This document shows, piece after piece, positions 55,869 to 63,908 of a stretch of 64,000 nt of DNA (its first letter is position 1; each line of letters begins with the position of its first letter). Position numbers and translations under genes: made by a program. The notes beneath the pieces are model-generated. The model was not told the DNA's origin and made no database searches. It was given only the letters and a program-made list of their open reading frames with translations. Source of the stretch: a virus; the IMG/VR virus record IMGVR_UViG_3300026292_000006, positions 1 to 64,000 of that record. One strand, 5' to 3'.

Positions 55869-57080
55869 CGCATGCGTGTGTGTGCCATCTATGAATATAT
55901 CATTAACTATTCTTTCGATTCTTTTATAACACTTAGTGCCATAAGATTTGTGAATAGGAATAACACAATAACCAGTGGATTTGCGATACAAACTAACATT
56001 GCCAGCAGGAAGATTGCCTTCTTTAATGTTAATGGAATCTTGCTTATTAAGTCTAATAACTCTACCAATACTTTGTGCCATTTCGATGACGTTAAGGTTT
56101 CGCAAGAATAAAGTATGAGTGAGTCCACTAACATTAATGCCTTCTGATAAAATCGAGTAATGAAATATGACGAATTTCTTGTTATCGTCTTCACCCCATT
56201 GTTTGAGAGTTTCAAAGAATGTCGTGCGATTGACTTTAGTTTTGTTAACATAAGCACCAAATTTACTTGTAATGTGTAATACTTCATACCCACGAGTTTC
56301 TAACTCTTTGAGTAGAGAAGTATGTCCTAACATGTTATTTAAAATCCTGGAAGATGGGACACTAATTAACACTTTAGGTGTATCAGTTGTTGTTATTGAA
56401 TCAATGTAATTTTCAACTGTTAATGCATGATGGACATATGCATTTACCTTATTAAAATGTGTATTAACCTCAAATGGCACTATAGTTGGTGGTAGAATAC
56501 TTCCATTGTTAATTAACTCTGGAGCAGGCACATTCTCAATAATATTACCATAAACTCCACTGTTATTCATCCCTCTATGATGTTTATAACTCACTCTAGG
56601 TGTTGCTGTAAAGTAATAACAACGTGATGCAATTTGACTTGCTGCTGCTACACTAATAAAGAAAGATTTACATGTTGAGTTATGTGCTTCATCGAAATAT
56701 ATGTTATCAATGTTAATACCACTCTCAATGATTTGCTTCAAAGAGTGATAAGTTGTAAACAGTAATTTGCTTCCTTCGTTGTTACTAACCCACTCTTCAA
56801 TCTCATGTGGTTTAGTAGAACTATCGTAAGAAGTGCGTCCGCTATGTATATGAAATATATTAATATTATCGTCTAATTGTTGTATAAAATCATCACATAA
56901 TTGCTGTGCTAATAGTATACGAGGTGCAACAATTACAGTGGTGTTGTTATCAAGATTTGCCTTGCAATCTTGAATCATAATGAAAGTTTTACCACCACCA
57001 GTAGGCACTACAATTTGACCTTTATTAGAGGTTTTCATTGATTCAAGTGCTCTTGCTTGATGTGGTCTTAACTTAATCAT
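55860..57080 (-). CDS. Superfamily 2 (DEAH/ResIII-like) helicase
   Basis: LRPHQ Q-motif, PTGGGKT Walker A, DEAH, TATP, LSEGINV, QSIGRVIR; ATG at 57080 (MIKLRPHQ). Confidence 0.9.
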   Translation of the reverse strand: MIKLRPHQARALESMKTSNKGQIVVPTGGGKTFIMIQDCKANLDNNTTVIVAPRILLAQQLCDDFIQQLDDNINIFHIHSGRTSYDSSTKPHEIEEWVSNNEGSKLLFTTYHSLKQIIESGINIDNIYFDEAHNSTCKSFFISVAAASQIASRCYYFTATPRVSYKHHRGMNNSGVYGNIIENVPAPELINNGSILPPTIVPFEVNTHFNKVNAYVHHALTVENYIDSITTTDTPKVLISVPSSRILNNMLGHTSLLKELETRGYEVLHITSKFGAYVNKTKVNRTTFFETLKQWGEDDNKKFVIFHYSILSEGINVSGLTHTLFLRNLNVIEMAQSIGRVIRLNKQDSINIKEGNLPAGNVSLYRKSTGYCVIPIHKSYGTKCYKRIERIVNDIFIDGTHTHAVC

Positions 57081-57264
57081 TATTAAATGGAATAAATGGG
57101 TTAATAGTAACATTATAACCTATTACATCAGCATTTACACCACATTCATACCAGTTTACAGATTGGATGTGCTCTTGAATTGCTTCACATAATTGCACTG
57201 GATTTGGTGCATTCTCTTTGTTGCATTTAATTCTACATTCAAAGATAAACTCTTGATTATTCAT
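57073..57264 (-). CDS. Hypothetical protein
   Basis: 63-aa ORF overlapping its neighbours by a few nt. Confidence 0.6.
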   Translation of the reverse strand: MNNQEFIFECRIKCNKENAPNPVQLCEAIQEHIQSVNWYECGVNADVIGYNVTINPFIPFNND

Positions 57265-57478
57265 AATTTGAGTCCTCTGGTTTAATGTTTATTTGAAATG
57301 AAAAACTACCGTAGTCATCAAATAGACCACAATTAGAAATAGTATCAAATACAATTTCTGATACTGTTTGTAAATCCTCTGGTAGGATGTTGCCATTTAG
57401 ATTAATAGTGCCATCATCATTGTAGTTGATTTCACCATTGAATCCTTCGGGCATTAAATCGTTAGCATTAGTTGGCAT
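57257..57478 (-). CDS. Hypothetical acidic protein
   Basis: 73-aa ORF in a tightly packed operon. Confidence 0.6.
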   Translation of the reverse strand: MPTNANDLMPEGFNGEINYNDDGTINLNGNILPEDLQTVSEIVFDTISNCGLFDDYGSFSFQINIKPEDSNYE

Positions 57479-57480
57479 GA

Positions 57481-57657
57481 TTAGGCAATTTCAAATGATT
57501 GTGTTTTGTCCCATAAGTCAATGTAATCTGTTAACCAGTCACGTTGCTCTATGGTGAGTTGTTGATAGTAACCATGTAGTAAATCATCAGCACTTAGAAA
57601 CTCTAAGTCTTGTGATTTACACCATGTTTCTAATAGGTCGGAGAGTGAGTTTAGCAT
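57481..57657 (-). CDS. Hypothetical protein, 58 aa (MLNSLSDLLETWC...LSADDLL...QRDWLTDYIDLWD)
   Basis: Translated by hand; fills the gap in the operon. Confidence 0.65.
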   Translation of the reverse strand: MLNSLSDLLETWCKSQDLEFLSADDLLHGYYQQLTIEQRDWLTDYIDLWDKTQSFEIA

Positions 57658-57672
57658 GATAATTAATAAGAA

Positions 57673-57849
57673 TTAAGCGAATAAAGGTCTCATGTAATCT
57701 TTGAATTCTTCTCTCATACTGTCTGCAAGTATGCGAAGTTGATTCTCATTTGAGTTGTTGCCACTTGCAACCAATTCATCGTAACATGCCTGAGATATGC
57801 CTTTATCTGTTAGGTCATATTCGTGAAGTGAAACATGCTTGAAAAACAT
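57673..57849 (-). CDS. Hypothetical protein, 58 aa (MFFKHVSLHEYDLTDKGISQACYDEL...KDYMRPLFA)
   Basis: Translated by hand; first gene after promoter cassette 2. Confidence 0.65.
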   Translation of the reverse strand: MFFKHVSLHEYDLTDKGISQACYDELVASGNNSNENQLRILADSMREEFKDYMRPLFA

Positions 57850-57883
57850 AATTAAAAAGTCCTTGTGAATTGCTTATACATCT

Positions 57884-57940
57884 ATTATAACCATAAAAAA
57901 CACCCTACGGTCGGTAGGGTGTGCCACTTTGTCAAGTGGT
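57884..57940 (-). promoter_or_regulatory. Early promoter cassette copy 2 (dyad + embedded terminator + TATAAT)
   Basis: ACCACTTGACAAAGTGGCACA, hairpin, TATAAT (57889-57884). Confidence 0.7.
57895..57921 (-). terminator. Intrinsic terminator within the promoter cassette
   Basis: CACCCTAC-CGACC-GTAGGGTG followed by T6. Confidence 0.75.
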
Positions 57941-58240
57941 TTGGTTGAAATGTGTGTTGTAGGAATTCTTACAATATGTTACAACTTGCTGTGCATAGGG
58001 TTGTAACTTCTTAATGTCATCAATTAGTGCATTGATTTCATAAGTGTGAATTTCCCATCTTAATTTGAAGTCTGATTTATAGTCTTCAAATTTCAACAGT
58101 GTAGATGGTCTCACTGTTTCAGTAATCACAACTTCTAAAGGTTTTGTTGATGTTGGATTTACTGGACTTGCTTTCTTTGCAGTTGGTTTACGAGTCCTTC
58201 TCTTGCGAGTGGTTGTCGTAGATGCTGCTCTAGTTGGCAT
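57932..58240 (-). CDS. Hypothetical protein with Arg/Lys-rich N-terminus
   Basis: MPTRAASTTTTRKRRTRKPTAKK...DY..DF..RW.IH.YE motif. Confidence 0.75.
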   Translation of the reverse strand: MPTRAASTTTTRKRRTRKPTAKKASPVNPTSTKPLEVVITETVRPSTLLKFEDYKSDFKLRWEIHTYEINALIDDIKKLQPYAQQVVTYCKNSYNTHFNQTT

Positions 58241-58254
58241 GTAGTCTGTTGTAA

Positions 58255-58367
58255 AGGACGAGAGGAAACAAAACGCACCTTGAATGCTTAAGTTCGATTT
58301 AAAAGCGTTTTCTGGTGTGGTATCCGCTACCTTGAAAGTCTTAAATCGAGGTGGTTTGTTTCCCCAC
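58255..58367 (-). ncRNA. Putative structured 5' leader / cis-regulatory RNA
   Basis: Nested stems: GGGGAAACAAA/UUUGUUUCCUC, CACCU/AGGUG, UCGAUUUAA/UUAAAUCGA, GGUA-GCGGA-UACC; starts just after a -10 box. Confidence 0.55.
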
Positions 58368-58371
58368 TATC

Positions 58372-58430
58372 AATATACATGAAAAAACCCCCATTTGGGG
58401 GTTTAGTGGTCACTTTGTGGATTGTCCACT
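58372..58430 (-). promoter_or_regulatory. Early promoter cassette copy 3 (dyad + embedded terminator + TATATT)
   Basis: AGTGGACAAT-CCACA-AAGTGACCACT, hairpin, TATATT (58377-58372). Confidence 0.65.
58382..58404 (-). terminator. Intrinsic terminator within the promoter cassette
   Basis: AAACCCCCA-AA-TGGGGG followed by T6. Confidence 0.7.
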
Positions 58431-58437
58431 GATTGTT

Positions 58438-58692
58438 TCAATTCATTACGAAATCAAAGTCATTTATTAAAATGTCTCTGACTCTCTCTCTGTCTAGTGA
58501 ATCACCATCACCCCAAGTATAAAAAGATCCTGCGGATGCTTTCATTAATCTATCGTTATACACTTTGCATGCTTGATAGATTTCACCCTTAGTGACCATC
58601 CTATTATCCTTAACAAGTGGATATAGGACATCATCAGGACATCCGTAGAATGAGAAAACGTAATCGATGAATTGCTTTAATACTGGATTCAT
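58438..58692 (-). CDS. Conserved cyanophage hypothetical protein (FIDYVFSFYG...LYP...WGDGDSLDRERVRDI)
   Basis: 84-aa ORF forming a single-gene cassette. Confidence 0.8.
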   Translation of the reverse strand: MNPVLKQFIDYVFSFYGCPDDVLYPLVKDNRMVTKGEIYQACKVYNDRLMKASAGSFYTWGDGDSLDRERVRDILINDFDFVMN

Positions 58693-58717
58693 TTAGAGTT
58701 TTTGTGTTGTTATCTCT

Positions 58718-58772
58718 ATTATAAAGGATATTCTAAGGTAATATTATTATCTTGTGCCACTAATTCAACTGG
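58718..58772 (-). promoter_or_regulatory. Early promoter cassette copy 4 (dyad + TATAAT)
   Basis: CCAGTTGAATTAGTGGCACA, 29 nt, TATAAT (58723-58718). Confidence 0.65.
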
Positions 58773-59142
58773 TTTTATTAATCTCGTCTTGTGCTGCTAG
58801 AATGCGTTGTGTTACCTCTTCATTAATATATCCTTCAATAAATATCTTACATTCTGCTAGTGTGTCATATGTGTCTATTCTTTCATATGTCCACAATGTC
58901 TTATTTTGAAATTTATACAAATGCTTATTATCTACTCTAGTTTGATAATACCTTTTCATACCTTCTATATTATTTAATTTACAAGGTAGTCTTTGATTTA
59001 ACTCAAATTTAGTATTATTTTCAGTAATAGTATATGCTGGAAGTTGTATACTATCCACAACAATGTTATCATCACTAATGAATATATTTTCGTGATGATA
59101 ACTAAATTCGTTGTTAATAACAGTGCTAGTTATTGATGCCAT
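58765..59142 (-). CDS. Hypothetical protein (paralog of 59126..59443)
   Basis: 125-aa ORF. Confidence 0.7.
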   Translation of the reverse strand: MASITSTVINNEFSYHHENIFISDDNIVVDSIQLPAYTITENNTKFELNQRLPCKLNNIEGMKRYYQTRVDNKHLYKFQNKTLWTYERIDTYDTLAECKIFIEGYINEEVTQRILAAQDEINKTS

Positions 59143-59443
59143 GAGTTAACATTATTTGTGTGTCTAATCTATTAATATGCTCAAATATCCATTGCTTTGC
59201 ATCTGCTACTGTATCAAATTCACTAACTTGAGCATAATCCCATTTATCAATATTATTATATTTAATACGATGTCTTTGTGATACTTTATAAGTGGTATTA
59301 TCTTTATTTGTAATAACAAATGCTGATAATCTCTTGTCACCATCCCATATGCTGTCATATGTAATGAATACATCTTCAACATATCCTGATACATGATTTC
59401 TCCGTTGAGAATCACATATATCTAATAATTGTAATGTATTCAT
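59126..59443 (-). CDS. Hypothetical protein (paralog of 58765..59142)
   Basis: ORF track 59126..59449; ATGA coupling at 59440-59443. Confidence 0.7.
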   Translation of the reverse strand: MNTLQLLDICDSQRRNHVSGYVEDVFITYDSIWDGDKRLSAFVITNKDNTTYKVSQRHRIKYNNIDKWDYAQVSEFDTVADAKQWIFEHINRLDTQIMLTHGINN

Positions 59444-59622
59444 TGACATAATTCTTCAAAACGTCTTTGTGCTTCCTCTGCTATTACTGGTAAATAACCT
59501 CTTTCACTAGATTGGTCTAGTGCATCTAATTGGTCAAATGTTAGACCATGCTCTTTAGCAAAATCAGTCCATGCTTCATCATAGCATGTTTCAAGTAGTG
59601 TTTCATGATGTAGTGATGACAT
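59440..59622 (-). CDS. Conserved cyanophage hypothetical protein (MS.LHHE.LLETC.DEAW...A..RFE.LCQ)
   Basis: 60-aa ORF. Confidence 0.75.
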   Translation of the reverse strand: MSSLHHETLLETCYDEAWTDFAKEHGLTFDQLDALDQSSERGYLPVIAEEAQRRFEELCQ

Positions 59623-59626
59623 TTAA

Positions 59627-59839
59627 TTAATCTCCAAGAATAGTGTGATTGTAACCCATACGAGATGCAACTTTGTTGTATACATCATTAACAATATAAT
59701 CCTCTATATTGTTGGATAATCCGTATTCATTATCCTTTGAGTATTTTTGGACATTTTCAGACATGTTATCATATTTATCTTTAACATATCCGAATAATGC
59801 CATAAACTCTGCATTTTCAAATGTAATAGTAACTGACAT
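59627..59839 (-). CDS. Hypothetical protein
   Basis: 70-aa ORF. Confidence 0.65.
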   Translation of the reverse strand: MSVTITFENAEFMALFGYVKDKYDNMSENVQKYSKDNEYGLSNNIEDYIVNDVYNKVASRMGYNHTILGD

Positions 59840-60247
59840 TTAATTACCTCTGTCAATTACTTTATCCCACACTGCTGAAAACTGGTCATGTGTGGTATCA
59901 CCATCCTCTACGAGTCTGGTATCGATATCCAGTGCTGCTGCACTGCTGAAGACTTGAGCAATCAAGTCAAAATCTTCTTTGGTGAGTGTGTTTGAAGTCA
60001 TTTTAAGGTTGAATTGCTTTGACTCTTCTATTATATCCGAAAATCGACCGTATGGTGACCAAGGTGGACACTTTGGAAACCGTCTCATTATTTCTGCTTC
60101 AACCTTCACCAGTAAATCGTGGTCATTCTCATTCCATAAGCACCCCTTAGGGACGTTACAGTCCCCTCTTTCCTCATAAGGTTTATACATCCTCTTGATG
60201 CTTAACCATCCTCTGATTGCCTTTAATTGGTCTTTGTTGAGATCCAC
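59840..60247 (-). CDS. Hypothetical protein (possibly two fused small ORFs)
   Basis: ORF track 59840..60316; GTG at 60247 follows the upstream stop; internal ATG at ~60001 (MTSNTLTKED). Confidence 0.55.
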   Translation of the reverse strand: MDLNKDQLKAIRGWLSIKRMYKPYEERGDCNVPKGCLWNENDHDLLVKVEAEIMRRFPKCPPWSPYGRFSDIIEESKQFNLKMTSNTLTKEDFDLIAQVFSSAAALDIDTRLVEDGDTTHDQFSAVWDKVIDRGN

Positions 60248-60248
60248 A

Positions 60249-60488
60249 TTATAATCGGTTGCCTTTAGGTATTTTACCACCACTGAAGTATGCATGCAAC
60301 TTTGTTGCCTTCTCACTATATTTGTTGTGAAATCTTACATACTCTTGTAATTCTTGTTGAAATTCAGTATAAATTTGCTCTGGTGATGCATCCGAGGTCA
60401 TATAATCTGCAATTAAATCTTTAATTGTATTTCTACGATTGAATGCGATTGTATCACCTTCATTTAGTTTATATTTGTGAAATTGCAT
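60249..60488 (-). CDS. Hypothetical helical protein
   Basis: 79-aa ORF. Confidence 0.7.
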   Translation of the reverse strand: MQFHKYKLNEGDTIAFNRRNTIKDLIADYMTSDASPEQIYTEFQQELQEYVRFHNKYSEKATKLHAYFSGGKIPKGNRL

Positions 60489-61126
60489 TAGTTACTAGGT
60501 GTAATGTTTGCTGTTAATGTAATTCTCTCATTCTTAGGGTTAGTATCATAACCATGAGTCAAATTAGCAGGAAATATAATAATATCACCTTCATTAATTT
60601 CAAATGTTGCTTCAGTCATATTATATGGTGTTAACTCTGTGCTATCAATTTGAATGATAGGATAATGTGCTGAAGCAATATTACGTCTCCATTTAATATA
60701 ACTATGGTCTTCCTTATTGTAGTTAATAAAATAACACAAACTAAACAAACAGTTACTAACTTCATGTGGTGCATAAATTGCACCTTCAGATGCTAACTCA
60801 AGGTAACTATCATTAATTGAGAAATTAGACTTATACTTCATACTATTATTATTATGCTTATCAACTGCATCTATAATAGTTCTGTGTAACTCAGGGATTG
60901 CATTTACACATTCATTATTATTACCTACTTGCACAACATTATGACAAATAGATTCTCTACCATGTTTTTCAAGTATCTTACTTTCATTCATCCATAATAG
61001 AATTTGCTCTTTCAATTCTTTATGATTAGGACATGTATATTTCGTTACTGGTGTAGGAAATAGTCCATAAGTTTCATGTTGAATCTTATCAAGTAGTGTA
61101 TCAGATAGTGGGTGATTGTTATTCAT
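60488..61126 (-). CDS. 2OG-Fe(II) oxygenase-like protein (TIGR02466-type)
   Basis: GLFPTPV, PH..SN..FS..Y, EGDIIIFPANLTHG, N..RITL..N. Confidence 0.75.
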   Translation of the reverse strand: MNNNHPLSDTLLDKIQHETYGLFPTPVTKYTCPNHKELKEQILLWMNESKILEKHGRESICHNVVQVGNNNECVNAIPELHRTIIDAVDKHNNNSMKYKSNFSINDSYLELASEGAIYAPHEVSNCLFSLCYFINYNKEDHSYIKWRRNIASAHYPIIQIDSTELTPYNMTEATFEINEGDIIIFPANLTHGYDTNPKNERITLTANITPSN

Positions 61127-61731
61127 GTCAGTGGTGTAATAAATGGTGAGTATAACTCTTGAATTGGTTTTAATGGATAAACTGCACCTAAACTAACTCT
61201 ATATCCTTCGGTTGGTGCTTCACCTCTATGATATTCTGCACTATTAAATATTACCATCCTTCCTTCCTTAAATGATATTCTTTCAACATCATTGCCCTCT
61301 TCATTAACAATAACTGTATCCCCACTATTTCCATGTGCCATGTATATAATTGTGAGATAATCTTTACTATCAGCATCGCAATGGTTACATCCATTTTGTC
61401 CTGGTAATTGTCCATTAAGTAATATTCTGTGGCAATGATTTATGTTTAATTCTTTACATATATCATTGTAAATACATCTATTAAAATAATCAACAAACCA
61501 ATAGTATGGTAAATCTTGGAACTTGTCATCCAAGTATAACATAGTACCAAAGAATCGTGCTTTATCAAAATCAGCATAAGGTGAGTTAGTATACTTTACA
61601 GGCATACTCTCAGTGTCCTTAGATACTATGTCAACTAACCAAGGTGGAAAGTAATCATCAATAACTTTAACTAATTCGTTAGTCACTTGCTCTCCATTGT
61701 TTATAGGAATTACGTTGTGCATCTTGTGCAT
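61123..61731 (-). CDS. 2OG-Fe(II) oxygenase
   Basis: VIDDYF, RILLNGQ, HCD, TIIY, GDT, GRMVIFNS..YHRG..P...YRVS. Confidence 0.85.
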   Translation of the reverse strand: MHKMHNVIPINNGEQVTNELVKVIDDYFPPWLVDIVSKDTESMPVKYTNSPYADFDKARFFGTMLYLDDKFQDLPYYWFVDYFNRCIYNDICKELNINHCHRILLNGQLPGQNGCNHCDADSKDYLTIIYMAHGNSGDTVIVNEEGNDVERISFKEGRMVIFNSAEYHRGEAPTEGYRVSLGAVYPLKPIQELYSPFITPLT

Positions 61732-61888
61732 CCTTGAGTATCTTCTTTAGATCCTCACATGCTTCAATTCTCTCACTTATATTGTCATTTAATGCATCAG
61801 CATTACCTGCAATTTGATTGGTTAATTCAATAACCTTTTGAAGTGCCTTTGCTGCCTCTTCTCCCTTCTTAGTAGGATCCTGTGCCAT
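61679..61888 (-). CDS. Hypothetical coiled-coil protein
   Basis: ORF track 61679..61954; ATG at 61888 (MAQDPTKK). Confidence 0.6.
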   Translation of the reverse strand: MAQDPTKKGEEAAKALQKVIELTNQIAGNADALNDNISERIEACEDLKKILKDAQDAQRNSYKQWRASD

Positions 61889-62204
61889 GATTAAATTTCT
61901 CTGTGATAAACGTCTTATCATATTTGGGGGCACCAACGAGCAATGAATGGGCATCTTTGAGCACTTTTAAGCGTGACTCGTGATGTGTTTCCAAATCATT
62001 TAGTGCTGTCTTCACTGCATCAACAAACTCACCTGCTGTGAGAGTTTGTGACTCAACATACTCTTCCAATACATCTTTAACTGCTGCTACACAACAATTA
62101 ATATCTGCTCTGTGGTCTGCTAGTGACTTGCTAGTCTCTTCATTTAGTGGTGAAGTTTGGTATGATGCTGCACTATCTTGTAGTGTCTCACTGCTGTAGG
62201 TCAT
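61869..62204 (-). CDS. Hypothetical helical protein
   Basis: 111-aa ORF. Confidence 0.7.
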   Translation of the reverse strand: MTYSSETLQDSAASYQTSPLNEETSKSLADHRADINCCVAAVKDVLEEYVESQTLTAGEFVDAVKTALNDLETHHESRLKVLKDAHSLLVGAPKYDKTFITEKFNHGTGSY

Positions 62205-62404
62205 AGTTCTTTATACTCCCAATTTGGGTCATCTTTTACATTAATCCAAAACCAAAAGTCTGGATTGTCTGGTGCTGATAGAAATATCTTATCAGACCTC
62301 TTGTGCTCTAAGGTAACAATATTTCTACTGTTTAAGTAGGTTGAAAACGTTAGTTTACTCTGCTTAGATATAGGTGTAACCCATACCTTACGTCTTAATG
62401 TCAT
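62201..62404 (-). CDS. Conserved hypothetical protein (V.VTPISK..K..F...FW.WIN..DD.NW)
   Basis: 67-aa ORF coupled to its neighbours. Confidence 0.7.
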   Translation of the reverse strand: MTLRRKVWVTPISKQSKLTFSTYLNSRNIVTLEHKRSDKIFLSAPDNPDFWFWINVKDDPNWEYKEL

Positions 62405-63239
62405 TTAATCTAGTAAGTAGATTGTCTTGAAGTGGTGCAACTCTATCTTTACACATATCATAATATGTATCATCAATTTCAAATCCAATGAAGTGTCTGT
62501 TTTCTTCTATTGATATTTGTGCTGTTGTGCCACTACCCATGAATGGATCCAATACTACATCACCTTCATTTGTCCATGTTTGAATGTGACCTCTTGCCAA
62601 TTCTTCTGGCATCGTAGCAGGATGTTTATAGGCATTCTTATTTGATTGTCCAAATCCTCCACTGTTGTTAATTCTCCAGATATTATTACGAGCACCAAAC
62701 TCTCGTATGGGATTCGTCTTCTTATCTCTTACAACTAACTTACCATCTTTACCACGTCCTCTTGCATTACCCCATGATGTAACACCTGCCCACTTATTTG
62801 GTTTATCACAAATAATATTAGTAGTCTTTGGTTTACCCTTAGATAATATAAAACAATATTCAAATGCTTGACTATATCTAACAGACTTAGGACCACTAGC
62901 AAATGCTATACCAGTCTTCTCATATATCATTGTATCATGTAATCTCAAACCACATACATCTTTAAAATGTAATGCTTGTCTGAATGATGTGCCTGACTCA
63001 CTACCATTTATAGTAGCATCATTAACATTCCACATAATAACACCACCAGGTTTTAGGACTCTCTCCAGTTGTGCTGCAACTGAATAGAATATATCCATTG
63101 ACCATTTACTGCTATCATTATATGTCCTAAGGTCATCATATGGTGGTGATGTCACAACCAAATCGACCGACTCCTCATCCATTTGTTGCATACCTGCAAC
63201 ACAATTTACATGATATGTTTTATCTAACTCTAATCCCAT
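62388..63239 (-). CDS. DNA methyltransferase, beta class (N4-cytosine/N6-adenine)
   Basis: DLVVTSPPY (motif IV), HPATMPEEL, VLDPFMGSGTT (motif I), FIGFEID; start at ATG 63239 or 63245, downstream of its own promoter. Confidence 0.92.
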   Translation of the reverse strand: MGLELDKTYHVNCVAGMQQMDEESVDLVVTSPPYDDLRTYNDSSKWSMDIFYSVAAQLERVLKPGGVIMWNVNDATINGSESGTSFRQALHFKDVCGLRLHDTMIYEKTGIAFASGPKSVRYSQAFEYCFILSKGKPKTTNIICDKPNKWAGVTSWGNARGRGKDGKLVVRDKKTNPIREFGARNNIWRINNSGGFGQSNKNAYKHPATMPEELARGHIQTWTNEGDVVLDPFMGSGTTAQISIEENRHFIGFEIDDTYYDMCKDRVAPLQDNLLTRLNDIKT

Positions 63240-63262
63240 GTACATTAAAAGAGGATACAAGT

Positions 63263-63291
63263 ATTATAAACTCATATCCTCCTATTGTCAA
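63263..63291 (-). promoter_or_regulatory. Perfect sigma70 promoter for the methyltransferase
   Basis: TTGACA (63291-63286, overlapping the upstream TGA), 17 nt, TATAAT (63268-63263). Confidence 0.75.
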
Positions 63292-63881
63292 GCACTTATG
63301 TATGTGCGTGTTGGTAATGGTAGGAAGTGTAACTTCTTCTGTGCAGGTTTTACAATACCATACTGAGATAGAATGCAATCCTCCTCACCTATCATTAACT
63401 CAAGTGTGCTGAATGAGTCCTTACGTCCCTTAGAAGACTTCCAAACATTTGATTCAGTCAAATCTGTGTCAATAACAACCATGCCGAAAGAATCGATTTG
63501 ATTGTCCTTAAAGGTGTATTTGATTGACCATACAATATTGGTCTTTGCACCACCGAAGTGTGATGTCTTGTTACCTGTTGCAAATGATGCCTTAGACTCA
63601 CCACCCATGAGTTTAAACTCTACTGGTGTGTCTCTGATAACATAATCATAACCTGATACTTCCTCACGTCTTCCATCAATTTCAAGTTTCTCAATACCTG
63701 ACTCAATTACTTCATTAACAATGTATTGAAATAACTTTGTGAAGTCTGCTGTATTCATCTGCTCTTTAATATCTTGAAGAGTCTTACCATAAATACGAAA
63801 CTCATCCTTGATATAACGATTTACTTCTTTAATAGTAAATTCTGTGAGTCTATCTAGGTCTTGTGTTAATACTGTTGTCAT
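63288..63881 (-). CDS. Putative PD-(D/E)XK endonuclease (type II restriction enzyme-like)
   Basis: 197 aa; NE...E helix then GYDYVIRDTPVEFK (D-x8-E-x-K); adjacent to the MTase. Confidence 0.55.
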   Translation of the reverse strand: MTTVLTQDLDRLTEFTIKEVNRYIKDEFRIYGKTLQDIKEQMNTADFTKLFQYIVNEVIESGIEKLEIDGRREEVSGYDYVIRDTPVEFKLMGGESKASFATGNKTSHFGGAKTNIVWSIKYTFKDNQIDSFGMVVIDTDLTESNVWKSSKGRKDSFSTLELMIGEEDCILSQYGIVKPAQKKLHFLPLPTRTYISA

Positions 63882-63908
63882 TTGTAGATGTATTTGTTTG
63901 ACTCTTTA

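Noticed and set aside
55860-57080. Helicase as the restriction subunit of a type I/III system with the MTase
   Set aside because: It is 5 kb from the MTase in a separate transcription unit, has no evident nuclease domain, and stand-alone SF2 helicases are common in these early regions.
58255-58367. tRNA or a named riboswitch
   Set aside because: No cloverleaf, T-loop or CCA end; I cannot match it to a known family by eye, so it is left as an unnamed structured RNA.
53628-59059. Additional degenerate DnaA-like 9-mers (53628, 53931, 59051)
   Set aside because: One or two mismatches, isolated and inside coding sequence; expected by chance.
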